64,000 nucleotides of DNA from Acidimicrobiia bacterium (GTDB taxonomy: Bacteria; Actinomycetota; Acidimicrobiia; Acidimicrobiales; Bin134): NCBI GenBank assembly GCA_009842675.1, contig VYEX01000062.1, forward strand, positions 102,295-166,294, given 5' to 3'. Position 1 is the stretch's first letter; the number at the start of each line of letters is the position of its first letter. Shown piece by piece: positions 30,650 through 40,156 of the stretch. The notes beneath the pieces are model-generated. The model worked only from the letters and a program-made list of their open reading frames with translations, did not search any database and had not been told where the DNA came from. Made by a program: the position numbers and the translations under genes.

Positions 30650-31609
30650 TCAGTCCAATCCGAGGTGACCCCGGACGAAGCGGCGGTACCCGGCGGCGCT
30701 CCAGTTGTCATGGTCTTCGCCCCAGCCGACTGCGTCGCCGAATGTCCATTCGCTGAGGCAGTTCCAGGTCCACAGGTTGGGATTGAGGTGCACGCCGAGC
30801 CTGTTCACCGCCTGACTGGTTGCCTCCAGGCGGCGACCTAGCTCGTCAGTAGCCGTGATCTGCACGACGGTAGGAGCGCCAGTGCCGGGATCCCGCTCCA
30901 ACACGTCGCGCCGTCCCTGGCCGGGCACCAATCGGGAGTACACGCCGTCTCGCAGGTAGTACCCGTGGATGACGGTGCAATCAGGATCGTCCCCCTCGCC
31001 AAAGGCCATGGTGAGGGCGTGAAACCCATCAGTGTCCGACGCGGTGGCATAGCTGTATCCCCCTCGCGTTGCGCCGTGCAGGGTGGCCCCGAATTGGCTT
31101 CGCGGCCCCCACGATCGATCCCGCATTCCGTAGGCGTCTACTTCGTAGGTGTCGTCGCCTAGCCGGATGGTTCCCTGGTAGCGACCTGGCTGGTCGAGGT
31201 GGCCATCACCCAGGTAGTTGGGCGGGCACACCGCGGAGAATGTCAGGTCGACCTCGGCTTCCCCATCGTCTTTGCACAGGAAACCGATTCGGTATTGCTT
31301 CAAGGGCTCCTTCACTTGATAGCGAATGCCGTTGGGCAGCTCAATGTTGCTCAGCGGCTGGTCGGGCAGAGGAAGGTGCCAGAAGTTCTTGGCGTAGCGG
31401 CAGTTCCAGATCTGGTCGCCGCCCGTGTCCCAAAAGAACGCTCCCCCGGAGGTGACCCCCTGGTTGGGCCGGAAAAAAGGGTAGAGCTGGCCCGACAGCT
31501 TGTGCTCCGGCGCGGCAAAGGTGAACCAGCAGGTCTCCGTCCAGTAGGGGTCGTCTGACGTAGGCGGGTGGAACTCGTCGTCGGGATGGTTGGTGTGGTC
31601 GGCTGACAT
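30650..31609 (-). CDS. conserved hypothetical protein (function unknown)
   Basis: About 319 aa from the internal Met at 31609. High-GC3 coding pattern, Trp-rich (WTETCWFTF..., WGPRSQF..., WTWNC). I recognise no motif confidently. Confidence 0.5.
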   Translation of the reverse strand: MSADHTNHPDDEFHPPTSDDPYWTETCWFTFAAPEHKLSGQLYPFFRPNQGVTSGGAFFWDTGGDQIWNCRYAKNFWHLPLPDQPLSNIELPNGIRYQVKEPLKQYRIGFLCKDDGEAEVDLTFSAVCPPNYLGDGHLDQPGRYQGTIRLGDDTYEVDAYGMRDRSWGPRSQFGATLHGATRGGYSYATASDTDGFHALTMAFGEGDDPDCTVIHGYYLRDGVYSRLVPGQGRRDVLERDPGTGAPTVVQITATDELGRRLEATSQAVNRLGVHLNPNLWTWNCLSEWTFGDAVGWGEDHDNWSAAGYRRFVRGHLGLD

Positions 31610-31622
31610 GGGGTGCCATGCT

Positions 31623-32447
31623 ATGGGAGTGACCCTCGGCCCTGACGATCTGGTGCTCAGCTCAGGTTCTTTGGACAATCCCCCGATTGAGGAGCTAGTG
31701 GAGGCCGCGGTGCTTGGGGGTTTCGCGGGCCTGACTCTGTGGCCTGCCGTCTATCCCGCCGACCCGGCCATCGGAGAGCGCATCCGCGACGCCGATTTGA
31801 CCGTGGTGGACATGGATGCGGTCATCGTTTGGGTTGGTCCCGATGACCCCGGGGGCCCGTACTACGAGGAGGCGCCCCGGGAGGCGGTGTTCGAGGCGGC
31901 TGCTGCACTTGGGGTCACTGGAGTGAACTCGCTGCTGGTCTGCCCAGGATCAGCGACCAAAGAGCAAGCAGTGGAGGCCATGGCCAGCCTGGCCGACCAG
32001 GCTGCCGACATCGGGGCGGACGTATACATGGAGTTCAGCCGCAACCGGCCCATCCCCGATCCCGCTACCAGCGCCGAGGTGGTGGCGGCCACTGGACGGG
32101 CCAACTGCGGGCTCACCGTGGACTTCTGGCACGTGTTCTACGGTCCCGGAGATTTCGCCGATTTCGCGGCAATTCCCGGTTACCTGATCGGGGCCATCCA
32201 GCTCAACGACGCCCCCGCTGAGTCCCATGAGGACTTGGGGTGGGCCACCCGCTATCTCCGCTGCGTTCCCGGCGAAGGGGCTATGGACCTGTCGGGGGCG
32301 CTGCGGACTATCCGCGGTGCCGGGTGCCAAGCCCCCATAACCCTGGAGGTGTTCGACTCTGGCCGGCTGGAGGCGCTGGGGTCGGTGGGGTTCGCCCGCC
32401 TGCTCGGCGACTCCACCCGCCGACTGCTGGCCAATCTCGATAGCTAG
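31623..32447 (+). CDS. sugar phosphate isomerase/epimerase (xylose isomerase-like TIM barrel) family protein
   Basis: The pattern ...YMEF...TVDFWHV...QLNDAP...PGEG..D... fits the AP_endonuc_2/xylose-isomerase-like fold. Start taken at ATG 31623. Confidence 0.6.
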   Translation: MGVTLGPDDLVLSSGSLDNPPIEELVEAAVLGGFAGLTLWPAVYPADPAIGERIRDADLTVVDMDAVIVWVGPDDPGGPYYEEAPREAVFEAAAALGVTGVNSLLVCPGSATKEQAVEAMASLADQAADIGADVYMEFSRNRPIPDPATSAEVVAATGRANCGLTVDFWHVFYGPGDFADFAAIPGYLIGAIQLNDAPAESHEDLGWATRYLRCVPGEGAMDLSGALRTIRGAGCQAPITLEVFDSGRLEALGSVGFARLLGDSTRRLLANLDS

Positions 32448-33481
32448 ACGCCCACTCGCACCGGCAGGCCCGCAGCCTGATAGACCGCGTCGATCAACTC
32501 CATGGTCTTGATGGATTCCGACGGCGGATACAGGTTAGGGCCGCCGTCTTCAACGCAGGCCCGAAAGGCCCGGAGCTGGCAGGTATAGGTGGCCACCGGC
32601 TGCGCCGTTTCCTGAAGAACGGTCTCCCCATTGGGATCAGTGATTGTCAGGCCCCTCCCCCACATGGGGGCCAGTGGGTTGTCGATGTGCAATTGCCCTT
32701 CAGTGCCGTTCACCACTACCTCGGCCCGGAACTCGAAATCGAATGCGTCTGGGTCAATGTCTTCGGGATCGCCGAGCTCAGCCTTCTGGTCGGTGCCGGT
32801 GAACTCCGAGAGCATGGACGCGGTGGCCCCACCGTTGCGATAGCGCAGTTCTGCGATTGTTCGCCGGTCGACGTCGGGGGCCATCTCCTCGGATTCGGCC
32901 CGCACCACGTCGAGCTCACCGAATGCCCGGAGGTTGCTGAGGGCGTAGGAGCCGGTGTCCATGAGGGCGCCACCGGCCAGGTCGTAACGGAATCGGATGT
33001 CGTCGGGGCCGTGCATCGACGGAAATACCATGGCCGCTTCCACATGGGCCACCTCGCCCACTGCTCCGGAGCTCACTAGCTCGATGGCCCGGTCGGCTTG
33101 GGGGTGGAAGCGCCAGTGGTAGGCCTCCATAACCACAAGACCGGTTCGCTCAGCGGCATCGGCCACTTGGCGGGCTTCGTTGGCGTTGGCGGTGTACGGC
33201 TTCTCCAGCAGTACCGGCTTGCCCGCTTCCAACGCGGCGATGGTCCATCGGGCGTGATGGGAGTTGGGCAGCGGGTTGTAGATGGCGTCGACCACATCGG
33301 AGCCCAAGAGATCGTCATAGCTGTCGAACACCATCGGGATGCCGTGCTCGGCGGCATAGGCCCTAGCCCGCTCCAGATCGCGGGCCGCCACCGCGGCCAC
33401 CTCAACCCCTTCGACCTCTTTGGCCGGCTCTATCAAGCCCATAGGCCCGATCCACGCCGCCCCCAACATGCCGATTCTCAT
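32444..33481 (-). CDS. Gfo/Idh/MocA family oxidoreductase
   Basis: MRIGMLGAAWIG...VLLEKP... gives an N-terminal Rossmann fold with the EKP motif. Confidence 0.8.
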   Translation of the reverse strand: MRIGMLGAAWIGPMGLIEPAKEVEGVEVAAVAARDLERARAYAAEHGIPMVFDSYDDLLGSDVVDAIYNPLPNSHHARWTIAALEAGKPVLLEKPYTANANEARQVADAAERTGLVVMEAYHWRFHPQADRAIELVSSGAVGEVAHVEAAMVFPSMHGPDDIRFRYDLAGGALMDTGSYALSNLRAFGELDVVRAESEEMAPDVDRRTIAELRYRNGGATASMLSEFTGTDQKAELGDPEDIDPDAFDFEFRAEVVVNGTEGQLHIDNPLAPMWGRGLTITDPNGETVLQETAQPVATYTCQLRAFRACVEDGGPNLYPPSESIKTMELIDAVYQAAGLPVRVGV

Positions 33482-33499
33482 AGTCGGAGAATAGAGATG

Positions 33500-34261
33500 T
33501 CAGGCCGCGAACGCGGCTTTGAGGTCAGAGGCCAACTCAGGTCGGCAGATGAGGATGCCCCACTGGGCCAGATCACGGCGGTTGTAGCGCAGGGGTGAGC
33601 CGTCGAGGTGGGAGGTGTGCAGACCTGCGGCCAAGGCGATGGCGGCTGGGGCGCAGGTGTCCCATTCATAGAGGCCTCCGGCATGGACCCAGGCGTCGGC
33701 TTCGCCGGTAACCACCGCCATTGCCTTCACCCCAGCAGACCCCACGCCATACACATCGGCGTCCAAGTGGCGGGCCAATCGGTGACCATCCCATCGCACC
33801 CGGGAGCGGGACATCACCACCAGCGGCCGACGGCGACCGGTGTCGGATGGCGGTTCGTCCCTACTAGCGGTGCTGAATGTACGGCCCCAGGGGGGCACCG
33901 CCACTGCCCCCGCAGCCGGCTCCCCATCTACCGACAGGCCGACATGCACCGCCCAGGTGTCGCTCCACTGATCGGCGAAGTCCGAAGAGCCGTCCAGCGG
34001 ATCGACTATCCACACCCGCTCGGCTTCTAGTCGGGCGCCGTCGTCCCGTCCCTCCTCCGACAGCACGATGTCGTCGGGTCGCAGTTGGGCCAGCGCGCCG
34101 GTGAGATAGCGGTGACTGAGCTGATCCCCGGCCAACTCCCGATTGAGATAGCCCGTGTGGGACTCCTCCATTTCCTCACGCAGCGCCAGGAGCTGCTCTC
34201 CGGCTTGCTGGGCCAGCCAGTGAGCCAGCTCATGGTCACTCGGTTCCGGGTTATCGGTCAC
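33500..34261 (-). CDS. cysQ: inositol monophosphatase family / 3'(2'),5'-bisphosphate nucleotidase CysQ-like
   Basis: Contains WIVDPLDGSSDF...WDTCAPAAIALAAG. GTG start at 34261 overlaps the upstream stop (GTGA). The upstream part of ORF 33500..34447 was discarded. Confidence 0.7.
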   Translation of the reverse strand: MTDNPEPSDHELAHWLAQQAGEQLLALREEMEESHTGYLNRELAGDQLSHRYLTGALAQLRPDDIVLSEEGRDDGARLEAERVWIVDPLDGSSDFADQWSDTWAVHVGLSVDGEPAAGAVAVPPWGRTFSTASRDEPPSDTGRRRPLVVMSRSRVRWDGHRLARHLDADVYGVGSAGVKAMAVVTGEADAWVHAGGLYEWDTCAPAAIALAAGLHTSHLDGSPLRYNRRDLAQWGILICRPELASDLKAAFAA

Positions 34262-35244
34262 GGAGCCAACACGATCGGTCGCCAGTCCAGAACTTGAACC
34301 GGATCGGCACCGCCTCGTTCGGCCTGAACGATCACGGTGAAGGCCAGGAGTCGGCCATTTGCCACCGGATGCACCGCGTCGAGGGTGGCGGACACATCCA
34401 CCACGTCGTCCTCGAACACCGGGCCGGTGTGATCGCAGAGATGCCACCCCACCACGGTGGCTGCGGTGGGAAGCAGCCGCACCAACCCGGCCTGGGCCAG
34501 ACCCACGGTGTGCCCCCCGTACACCAGCCGCTTGCCTCCCTGGCCTAGAGAAGCATCCCGGTGCGGCGGCGCCAGATTCTGGGTGAGCCGCACGAGCGCG
34601 GGGGCATCGGTCACTGTGTCCCGCAACGGATCACTCCGTGTCTCTCCGATGGGCCACTCCTGGGGTGCTCCCAGGGGGGTCAGGTTCCAGTCGTCAGGGG
34701 CGGTCTCGACAAACGGAGCAATGTCCAGCTCATCGGGGGTTCCACCGAGTTCGTCATGGTGGCCGGTGGGGGCATCGGAGCGTCGTCGGACCAGAGCGCA
34801 TCGCTCGAAGTCCAGCACCAAACGGCCTTCGTTATCGTGGGTCTGCATGCCGAGCAGCACCAGGCCCCGGGGAGGCCGGTCGGGCCGAGCTGAGGCTTCC
34901 CGCAATCCCCGCACGGTGACCGTGGTGGAAAGCGTGTCGCCAATCCGCACGGTGCGCAGTTGGCGCACGCCCCGGTAGAACAGGTTTGCCACCACTTTGC
35001 GGGTGGCCACGGTGGACTGGCCGATGGCCACCTGTAGCACCAATGCGGGGTTGACCACTGAACCGGGCTGACCCGTGATGGCCTCAGCCAGCGGAAGGCT
35101 CAGGCTGATGGCCAGCGGATCGCCGCAAATGGCCTGGTAGACGGCGGCTTCGCCCGGTCCGACGGTTATGGCCGGAGCAGGGTCGAGCGGCTGCCCTACT
35201 GCGAAGTCCTCAAACCAAGGGCCGTATCCTGCCGGTGCAACCAC
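34258..35244 (-). CDS. MaoC-like (double hot-dog) acyl dehydratase family protein
   Basis: 328 aa. WFEDFAVGQ... sits at the N-terminus, and a second hot-dog half carries YGGHTVGLA. Confidence 0.65.
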   Translation of the reverse strand: MVAPAGYGPWFEDFAVGQPLDPAPAITVGPGEAAVYQAICGDPLAISLSLPLAEAITGQPGSVVNPALVLQVAIGQSTVATRKVVANLFYRGVRQLRTVRIGDTLSTTVTVRGLREASARPDRPPRGLVLLGMQTHDNEGRLVLDFERCALVRRRSDAPTGHHDELGGTPDELDIAPFVETAPDDWNLTPLGAPQEWPIGETRSDPLRDTVTDAPALVRLTQNLAPPHRDASLGQGGKRLVYGGHTVGLAQAGLVRLLPTAATVVGWHLCDHTGPVFEDDVVDVSATLDAVHPVANGRLLAFTVIVQAERGGADPVQVLDWRPIVLAP

Positions 35245-35312
35245 GCCCCGAAGTAAACCACGCCAGCCGCTGGTCGCCGGAACCGGCCCTCACTGTCCAT
35301 TAGGTTCAGCCC

Positions 35313-36215
35313 ATGGCAGCAGTTGCAAACGAGGAAATCCCGGTAATCATCGAGGTGGCCATCAACGGCATCACCAGCCCCGAAATCAATCCCAATGTCC
35401 CGCTGAGCCCAGAGGCCATTAGGGACAATTCCCTGACCTGTCTGGACCAAGGGGCAGCCATCATCCACACCCACAACTTTGACATCAGCCTCACCGGCGA
35501 AGCCGCGGCCGGGCCTTACATCGAGGCTATGGCCCCGGTGCTGGCCGCCCGGCCCGACGCGCTGTGGTATCCGACACTCACCTCGGGCGCCGACCACCAG
35601 GGCAAGAACGCCCACGTGGCCATGATCGCCGCTGAGGTGCCCATGCGCATGGCAGTGGTGGACCCCGGCTCCACCAACATCGGAGCCGCCGGACCCGACG
35701 GCCTACCGGTGGGCGGCACTTACAAGAACGACTACGCCGACATCCGGGCCAGTTTCGACCTGTGCCGAAACAATGGCTGGGGTCCGGCGCTGGCCATCTA
35801 CGAACCCGGCTTCTTGCAGTGCGTTCTCACCTACCACCGGGTCGGCCTATTGCCCGCCGGATCGATGGCCAAGCTCTATTTCGGGGGTGAGTGGGGCCTC
35901 ACTCGCAGGTCCAAGGGGGTGACCTTCGGTCTCTCGCCAACCAAGCACGCTCTGCTGGCTTATCTGGACATGCTGGAGGGCACCGAGATCCCGTGGTCAG
36001 TTTCAGTATGGGGCGGTGACCTCATGGCCACCCCGGTGGCCCGGCTGGCCCTCGAGATGGGCGGCCATCTGCACGTGGGCATCGAAGAGTTCTACGACCC
36101 CGACCGCTCCCCCACCAACCAGGAGCTCTTGGCTGAAGCCGTCGCGCTGTGCAATGAGGTCGGCCGCCCCATCGCCACCTGCGCCGAGACGGCAGAAATG
36201 CTGGAACTGCCCTAG
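35313..36215 (+). CDS. beta-keto acid cleavage enzyme (BKACE/DUF849, 3-keto-5-aminohexanoate cleavage-like)
   Basis: Contains VIIEVAINGITSPEINPNVPLSPEAI...AAIIHTH...HVGIEE, characteristic of the BKACE TIM barrel. Confidence 0.75.
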   Translation: MAAVANEEIPVIIEVAINGITSPEINPNVPLSPEAIRDNSLTCLDQGAAIIHTHNFDISLTGEAAAGPYIEAMAPVLAARPDALWYPTLTSGADHQGKNAHVAMIAAEVPMRMAVVDPGSTNIGAAGPDGLPVGGTYKNDYADIRASFDLCRNNGWGPALAIYEPGFLQCVLTYHRVGLLPAGSMAKLYFGGEWGLTRRSKGVTFGLSPTKHALLAYLDMLEGTEIPWSVSVWGGDLMATPVARLALEMGGHLHVGIEEFYDPDRSPTNQELLAEAVALCNEVGRPIATCAETAEMLELP

Positions 36216-36219
36216 CCGT

Positions 36220-37044
36220 CTAGACGCAGGGATTCTCCATCACGCCGAGGCCCTCTATCTCAGAGCGGATCACGTCACCCGGCTTGAGATAGATCCCTTG
36301 GGCGTGCCCTACCCCTCCAGGGGTGCCGGTGAAGATTAGGTCGCCCGGATGCAAGGGGAGGATTGACGAAAGATAGGCCACCATTTCGGCCACCGGGCGC
36401 ATGAGGAAGCTGGTGCGGCTGTTCTGGCGCAGTTCGCCGTTGATCTCACAGGAGATGGCCAGATCGTCGGGATTGTCCACCAAGTCGATGCTCACCAGCG
36501 CCGGGCCGGTGGGGCCGAATGATTCTCGGGACTTGCCCAGGGAGAATTGGGGTGGAGTGGCCGCGGTCTGCAAGGCCCGGTCGGATATGTCCTGGCCGAT
36601 CATCAAGCCGGCAATCCGATCCCAAGCCTCTGTTTCATCCACGTCGCGGGTCTCGGTGCCGATCACCGCCACCAATTCGCATTCGTAGTCGCAGTGGTCG
36701 CCTTTCAGCTTCACCGGCGCGGCTGGCCCCACCAGGCAGGTGGGAAACTTGGTGAAAACCACTGGCGCTTCGCCGGCGGTTCGGCCCATGGGATCGACCC
36801 GATCAATCTCCTCGATGTGATCCCGATAGTTGAGGCCGTAGCCGAACACCTGCATGGGTGCTGGCACCGGCGGTCCCAATTCGGTCAAAGTCACCTGTCC
36901 GTCGGGCGCTCCTCGGCCGGCCCAGCGATCGTGCAGTTCTTGGGGGCGGATCAGGGCGTCCATCGGGTCACTACCCAATACCCAATAGTCCTGCCCGTCC
37001 AGCAACACCGCCTGCCCAGCGCGGTTGGCCAGTCGAAAGCTCAC
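36220..37044 (-). CDS. fumarylacetoacetate hydrolase (FAH) family protein
   Basis: Contains DYECELVAVIG...PGDLIFTGTPGGVG. Confidence 0.8.
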   Translation of the reverse strand: MSFRLANRAGQAVLLDGQDYWVLGSDPMDALIRPQELHDRWAGRGAPDGQVTLTELGPPVPAPMQVFGYGLNYRDHIEEIDRVDPMGRTAGEAPVVFTKFPTCLVGPAAPVKLKGDHCDYECELVAVIGTETRDVDETEAWDRIAGLMIGQDISDRALQTAATPPQFSLGKSRESFGPTGPALVSIDLVDNPDDLAISCEINGELRQNSRTSFLMRPVAEMVAYLSSILPLHPGDLIFTGTPGGVGHAQGIYLKPGDVIRSEIEGLGVMENPCV

Positions 37045-37060
37045 TGCGATGCCATATCCG

Positions 37061-39067
37061 CTACAGCGTGGCCGCGAGTTCTACCGCGGAGCGCATGGCC
37101 CCTTCCAGGTACCCCGGTTGGGAGCAATCACCCACCGAGTGGACTTCGGTGCCAGTGGCCCGTAGCTCATCGGCCAGCGATGTGTCGGCAGCCAACTCGG
37201 AGGTGACCACTACCAGATCGGCCGGTGTGGTCTGCTCGGAACCGTTGGTGCGCCACACCACGCCGTCTTCGGTGATGGCCACGATCTCAGCCCCAGATAC
37301 CAGGCTCACCCCCGCTTGACCGAGATCATGGACTACGCGCCAGCGGCCGGGAAGCCCCAGAGAGAAGCCGAAAGCGGGACCCGACTCGATCAGCGTGACC
37401 TCGGCCCCCTGATGGTGGGCGGTCTCGGTTACCCCGATGCCGGGGAGGTCGCCGCCTAGTACCGTGATTCGGGCTGCATCCAGCGGGTTACCGTCCAGCA
37501 ACCACGGGGCCAAATCGTCCACCCCCCAAACATTGGGGCCGTCGATGCCGTCCACATTTGGGCGTCCCCATCGGCCACCCACCGCAACCACCACTGCGTC
37601 GGGCGAGAAAACGCTGGCCTCAGCTGCATCGAGGCGTGTGTCGAGCCGCACATCAACCCCCAACTGGTCGAGTTGGCGTTCGAACCACTCCATGAGCTCG
37701 GCGTTCACATCGCTGGTGGCCGACGCCAGCGCCCATCGGCCACCCAGCCGATCAGATGCCTCGGCCAGGATCACTTCGTGGCCCCGCAGAGCGGCTACGC
37801 GGGCGGTTTCCATGCCCGAGGGCCCTCCACCAACCACCAGAACCCGTCGGGCTGCTGGCGCGGCCTCGGCTGTCAGGGAATCCTCCCGGCCCAAAAAGCC
37901 ATTACCTGCGCACCGGGTGCCTACCCGCAGGAATATGTTGCCGATACAGCGGTAGTGGTACACGCAGGGCCGCACGTCTTCGGAATTGCCCGCAGCCAGC
38001 TTGTTGGGCAAATCGGGGTCGGCCAGGATCTTGCGACCCATAGCCACAAAGTCGTACTTGCCTTCGGCGATGTGCCGATCGGCGGCTTCAGGGCTGATCC
38101 GACCCACGGCGATGATCGGCACGTCCACCTCGGCTTTGACCACGGCCGCGTTCGGCACCAGCAGTTCGGGCACATGAGGGCCGTAGGAGTCGGTGGGTCC
38201 GGTGGCGATTCCGGGATCGTGATAAGCCGAAACGTGGATGGCGTCGGCTCCTGATTCGGCGGCTACTCGGGCGTTGTAGAGGGCATCGTCCAGGACAATG
38301 CCGTCGATACCCACCTCAGTGCTGTTGAGCCGGACCCACACCGGGTAGTCGTCTCCCACCCGACGGCGGATTTCGGTGAGGATCTCCTTCAAAAACCGGG
38401 CCCGATTTTCCACTGATCCGCCGTATTCGTCGTCTCTAGTGTTCACGGTGGGAGACAGAAACGCGTCGATGAGGTAGCCGTGACCGCCGTGCAGCTCCAC
38501 CGCATCCACCCCAGCCTCCCGGGCCCGCACAGTGGCCGCGGCAAACTGGTCGGCCACGATGGCGATGTCATCGTGGTCCATCACCCGGTAGTGGGGATTG
38601 GACGTAGGAGCCATGAACGGCTCGGCCATCATGGCGCCCTCATCCGCGGTGACCATTCCGTACAAGGGGTCGATAGTCATCGGCCCCGGTTCGGAGGGCA
38701 CCCACATAGGCCGTCCCGCCATGGTGTCCTGAAGACCCATCTTGCCGGCGTGGGTCAGCTGCATGGCGATCTTGCCACCATGGGCGTGGACCCGGTCGGC
38801 CGCCCTCCTCCACGACGGGATGAACTTGTCGTCGGAGATGGCGGTTTGACGCTTGTTGGAGCAGCCCACCGGATGGGCCACCCCCACCGATCCCAGCATC
38901 ACCACGGCCATGCCACCCTTCGCCCGGGCCTCCAAGTAAGCGGCCTGGTCATCGGACACCTCGCCGTTCTCGTCTCCTAGCTCTTCCCCCATGGGGGCCA
39001 TGATCAACCGGTTGCGCAGCTCCAGAGTGCCAATGCGACCGGGTGACAGCAGATGCTCGTAGCTCAT
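37061..39067 (-). CDS. NADH:flavin oxidoreductase (OYE-like) fused to FAD/NAD(P)-binding domain, 2,4-dienoyl-CoA reductase-like
   Basis: 668 aa. Contains RNRLIMAPMGE...MQLTHAGK..., then VLVVGGGPSGMETA and a second dinucleotide-binding region. Confidence 0.8.
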   Translation of the reverse strand: MSYEHLLSPGRIGTLELRNRLIMAPMGEELGDENGEVSDDQAAYLEARAKGGMAVVMLGSVGVAHPVGCSNKRQTAISDDKFIPSWRRAADRVHAHGGKIAMQLTHAGKMGLQDTMAGRPMWVPSEPGPMTIDPLYGMVTADEGAMMAEPFMAPTSNPHYRVMDHDDIAIVADQFAAATVRAREAGVDAVELHGGHGYLIDAFLSPTVNTRDDEYGGSVENRARFLKEILTEIRRRVGDDYPVWVRLNSTEVGIDGIVLDDALYNARVAAESGADAIHVSAYHDPGIATGPTDSYGPHVPELLVPNAAVVKAEVDVPIIAVGRISPEAADRHIAEGKYDFVAMGRKILADPDLPNKLAAGNSEDVRPCVYHYRCIGNIFLRVGTRCAGNGFLGREDSLTAEAAPAARRVLVVGGGPSGMETARVAALRGHEVILAEASDRLGGRWALASATSDVNAELMEWFERQLDQLGVDVRLDTRLDAAEASVFSPDAVVVAVGGRWGRPNVDGIDGPNVWGVDDLAPWLLDGNPLDAARITVLGGDLPGIGVTETAHHQGAEVTLIESGPAFGFSLGLPGRWRVVHDLGQAGVSLVSGAEIVAITEDGVVWRTNGSEQTTPADLVVVTSELAADTSLADELRATGTEVHSVGDCSQPGYLEGAMRSAVELAATL

Positions 39068-39075
39068 TGGTGCTC

Positions 39076-39102
39076 CTAGCCCGATAGATGCTCGTAGCTC
39101 AT
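39076..39102 (-). other. candidate 8-codon upstream ORF (MSYEHLSG*) formed by a 17-nt copy of the main gene's 5' end
   Basis: ATGAGCTACGAGCATCT occurs at 39086-39102 and again at 39051-39067, the true start. The uORF TAG stop is embedded in TAGGAGCACCAATG, which is the SD plus start of the main ORF. Confidence 0.35.
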
Positions 39103-39208
39103 AGCCCCATCATGGCCCAGCGATGCCAGCTGGGTCAGATTGCCACAAACACAAGAGCACTTACCCCAAAACTGCTGGCCGAACCCCTCACCGCCATAAT
39201 CTCGCTGC

Positions 39209-40156
39209 GTGTCTTTGATCGCAGCGTGGGGGCTGACCAAGCAGTTCGGCGATTTCACCGCAGTCGACGGGATCGATTTCGAGGTCGAGCGGGGCGAGGT
39301 ATTCGGCTTTCTGGGACCCAACGGCGCCGGCAAGTCGTCCACCATGCGGATGATCGGCTGTGTTTCCGACCCCACCGGGGGTGCCCTGCGCATCTTGGGG
39401 ATGGACCCGTCTCGTGAGGGCACCAAGATTCGGACTCGCCTCGGGGTGGTCCCCCAGCAGGACAACCTCGACGAGGAGCTGTCGGTGGCCGAGAACCTAT
39501 ATGTGTACGGGCGCTATTTCGATCTGCCTCGGTCGTTGCTGCGCTCCCGGATCGCCGAACTGCTGGATTTCGTGCAGCTCACCGAGCGGGCCAACGACCA
39601 CGTGGAGCCGCTGTCGGGAGGCATGAAACGGCGCCTCACCATCGCCCGGGCCCTAATCAGTGAGCCTGAAGTGCTGTTGCTGGATGAACCCACCACCGGC
39701 CTCGATCCCCAAGCCCGCCACGTGGTGTGGGAACGGCTGTGGACGCTCAAGCGCCGAGGAGTGACCCAGGTGCTCACCACCCACTACATGGACGAGGCCG
39801 AGCAACTCTGCGACCGCCTCGTAGTAATGGACCGAGGACAGATCGTGGCCGAAGGCTCCCCCCGCCAACTCATCGAGCGCTACTCCACCCGAGAAGTGGT
39901 GGAGGTGCGCACCCACGGGCAAGTGACCGTGATGGCCGACGCCTTGCGCCGCTTGGGGGAGAGCCCTGAAGCCCAAACAAGGGATGAGCTCTATGAGCGA
40001 GTAGAGGAGTTGCCGGATCGGGTGCTGCTCTATACCGACCAAGGCGAGCGGCTGGTGGCCCTTCTCGGCGAGGTCGAACATGAGAGCGTGCTGGTGCGAC
40101 GCAGCACCCTTGAAGACGTGTTCTTGCACCTGACCGGCCGGTCGCTGGTGGACTGA
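39209..40156 (+). CDS. ABC transporter ATP-binding protein (ABC-2/DrrA-NodI-like)
   Basis: Has Walker A GPNGAGKSS, signature LSGGMKRR and Walker B LLLDEPT. Confidence 0.9.
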   Translation: MSLIAAWGLTKQFGDFTAVDGIDFEVERGEVFGFLGPNGAGKSSTMRMIGCVSDPTGGALRILGMDPSREGTKIRTRLGVVPQQDNLDEELSVAENLYVYGRYFDLPRSLLRSRIAELLDFVQLTERANDHVEPLSGGMKRRLTIARALISEPEVLLLDEPTTGLDPQARHVVWERLWTLKRRGVTQVLTTHYMDEAEQLCDRLVVMDRGQIVAEGSPRQLIERYSTREVVEVRTHGQVTVMADALRRLGESPEAQTRDELYERVEELPDRVLLYTDQGERLVALLGEVEHESVLVRRSTLEDVFLHLTGRSLVD

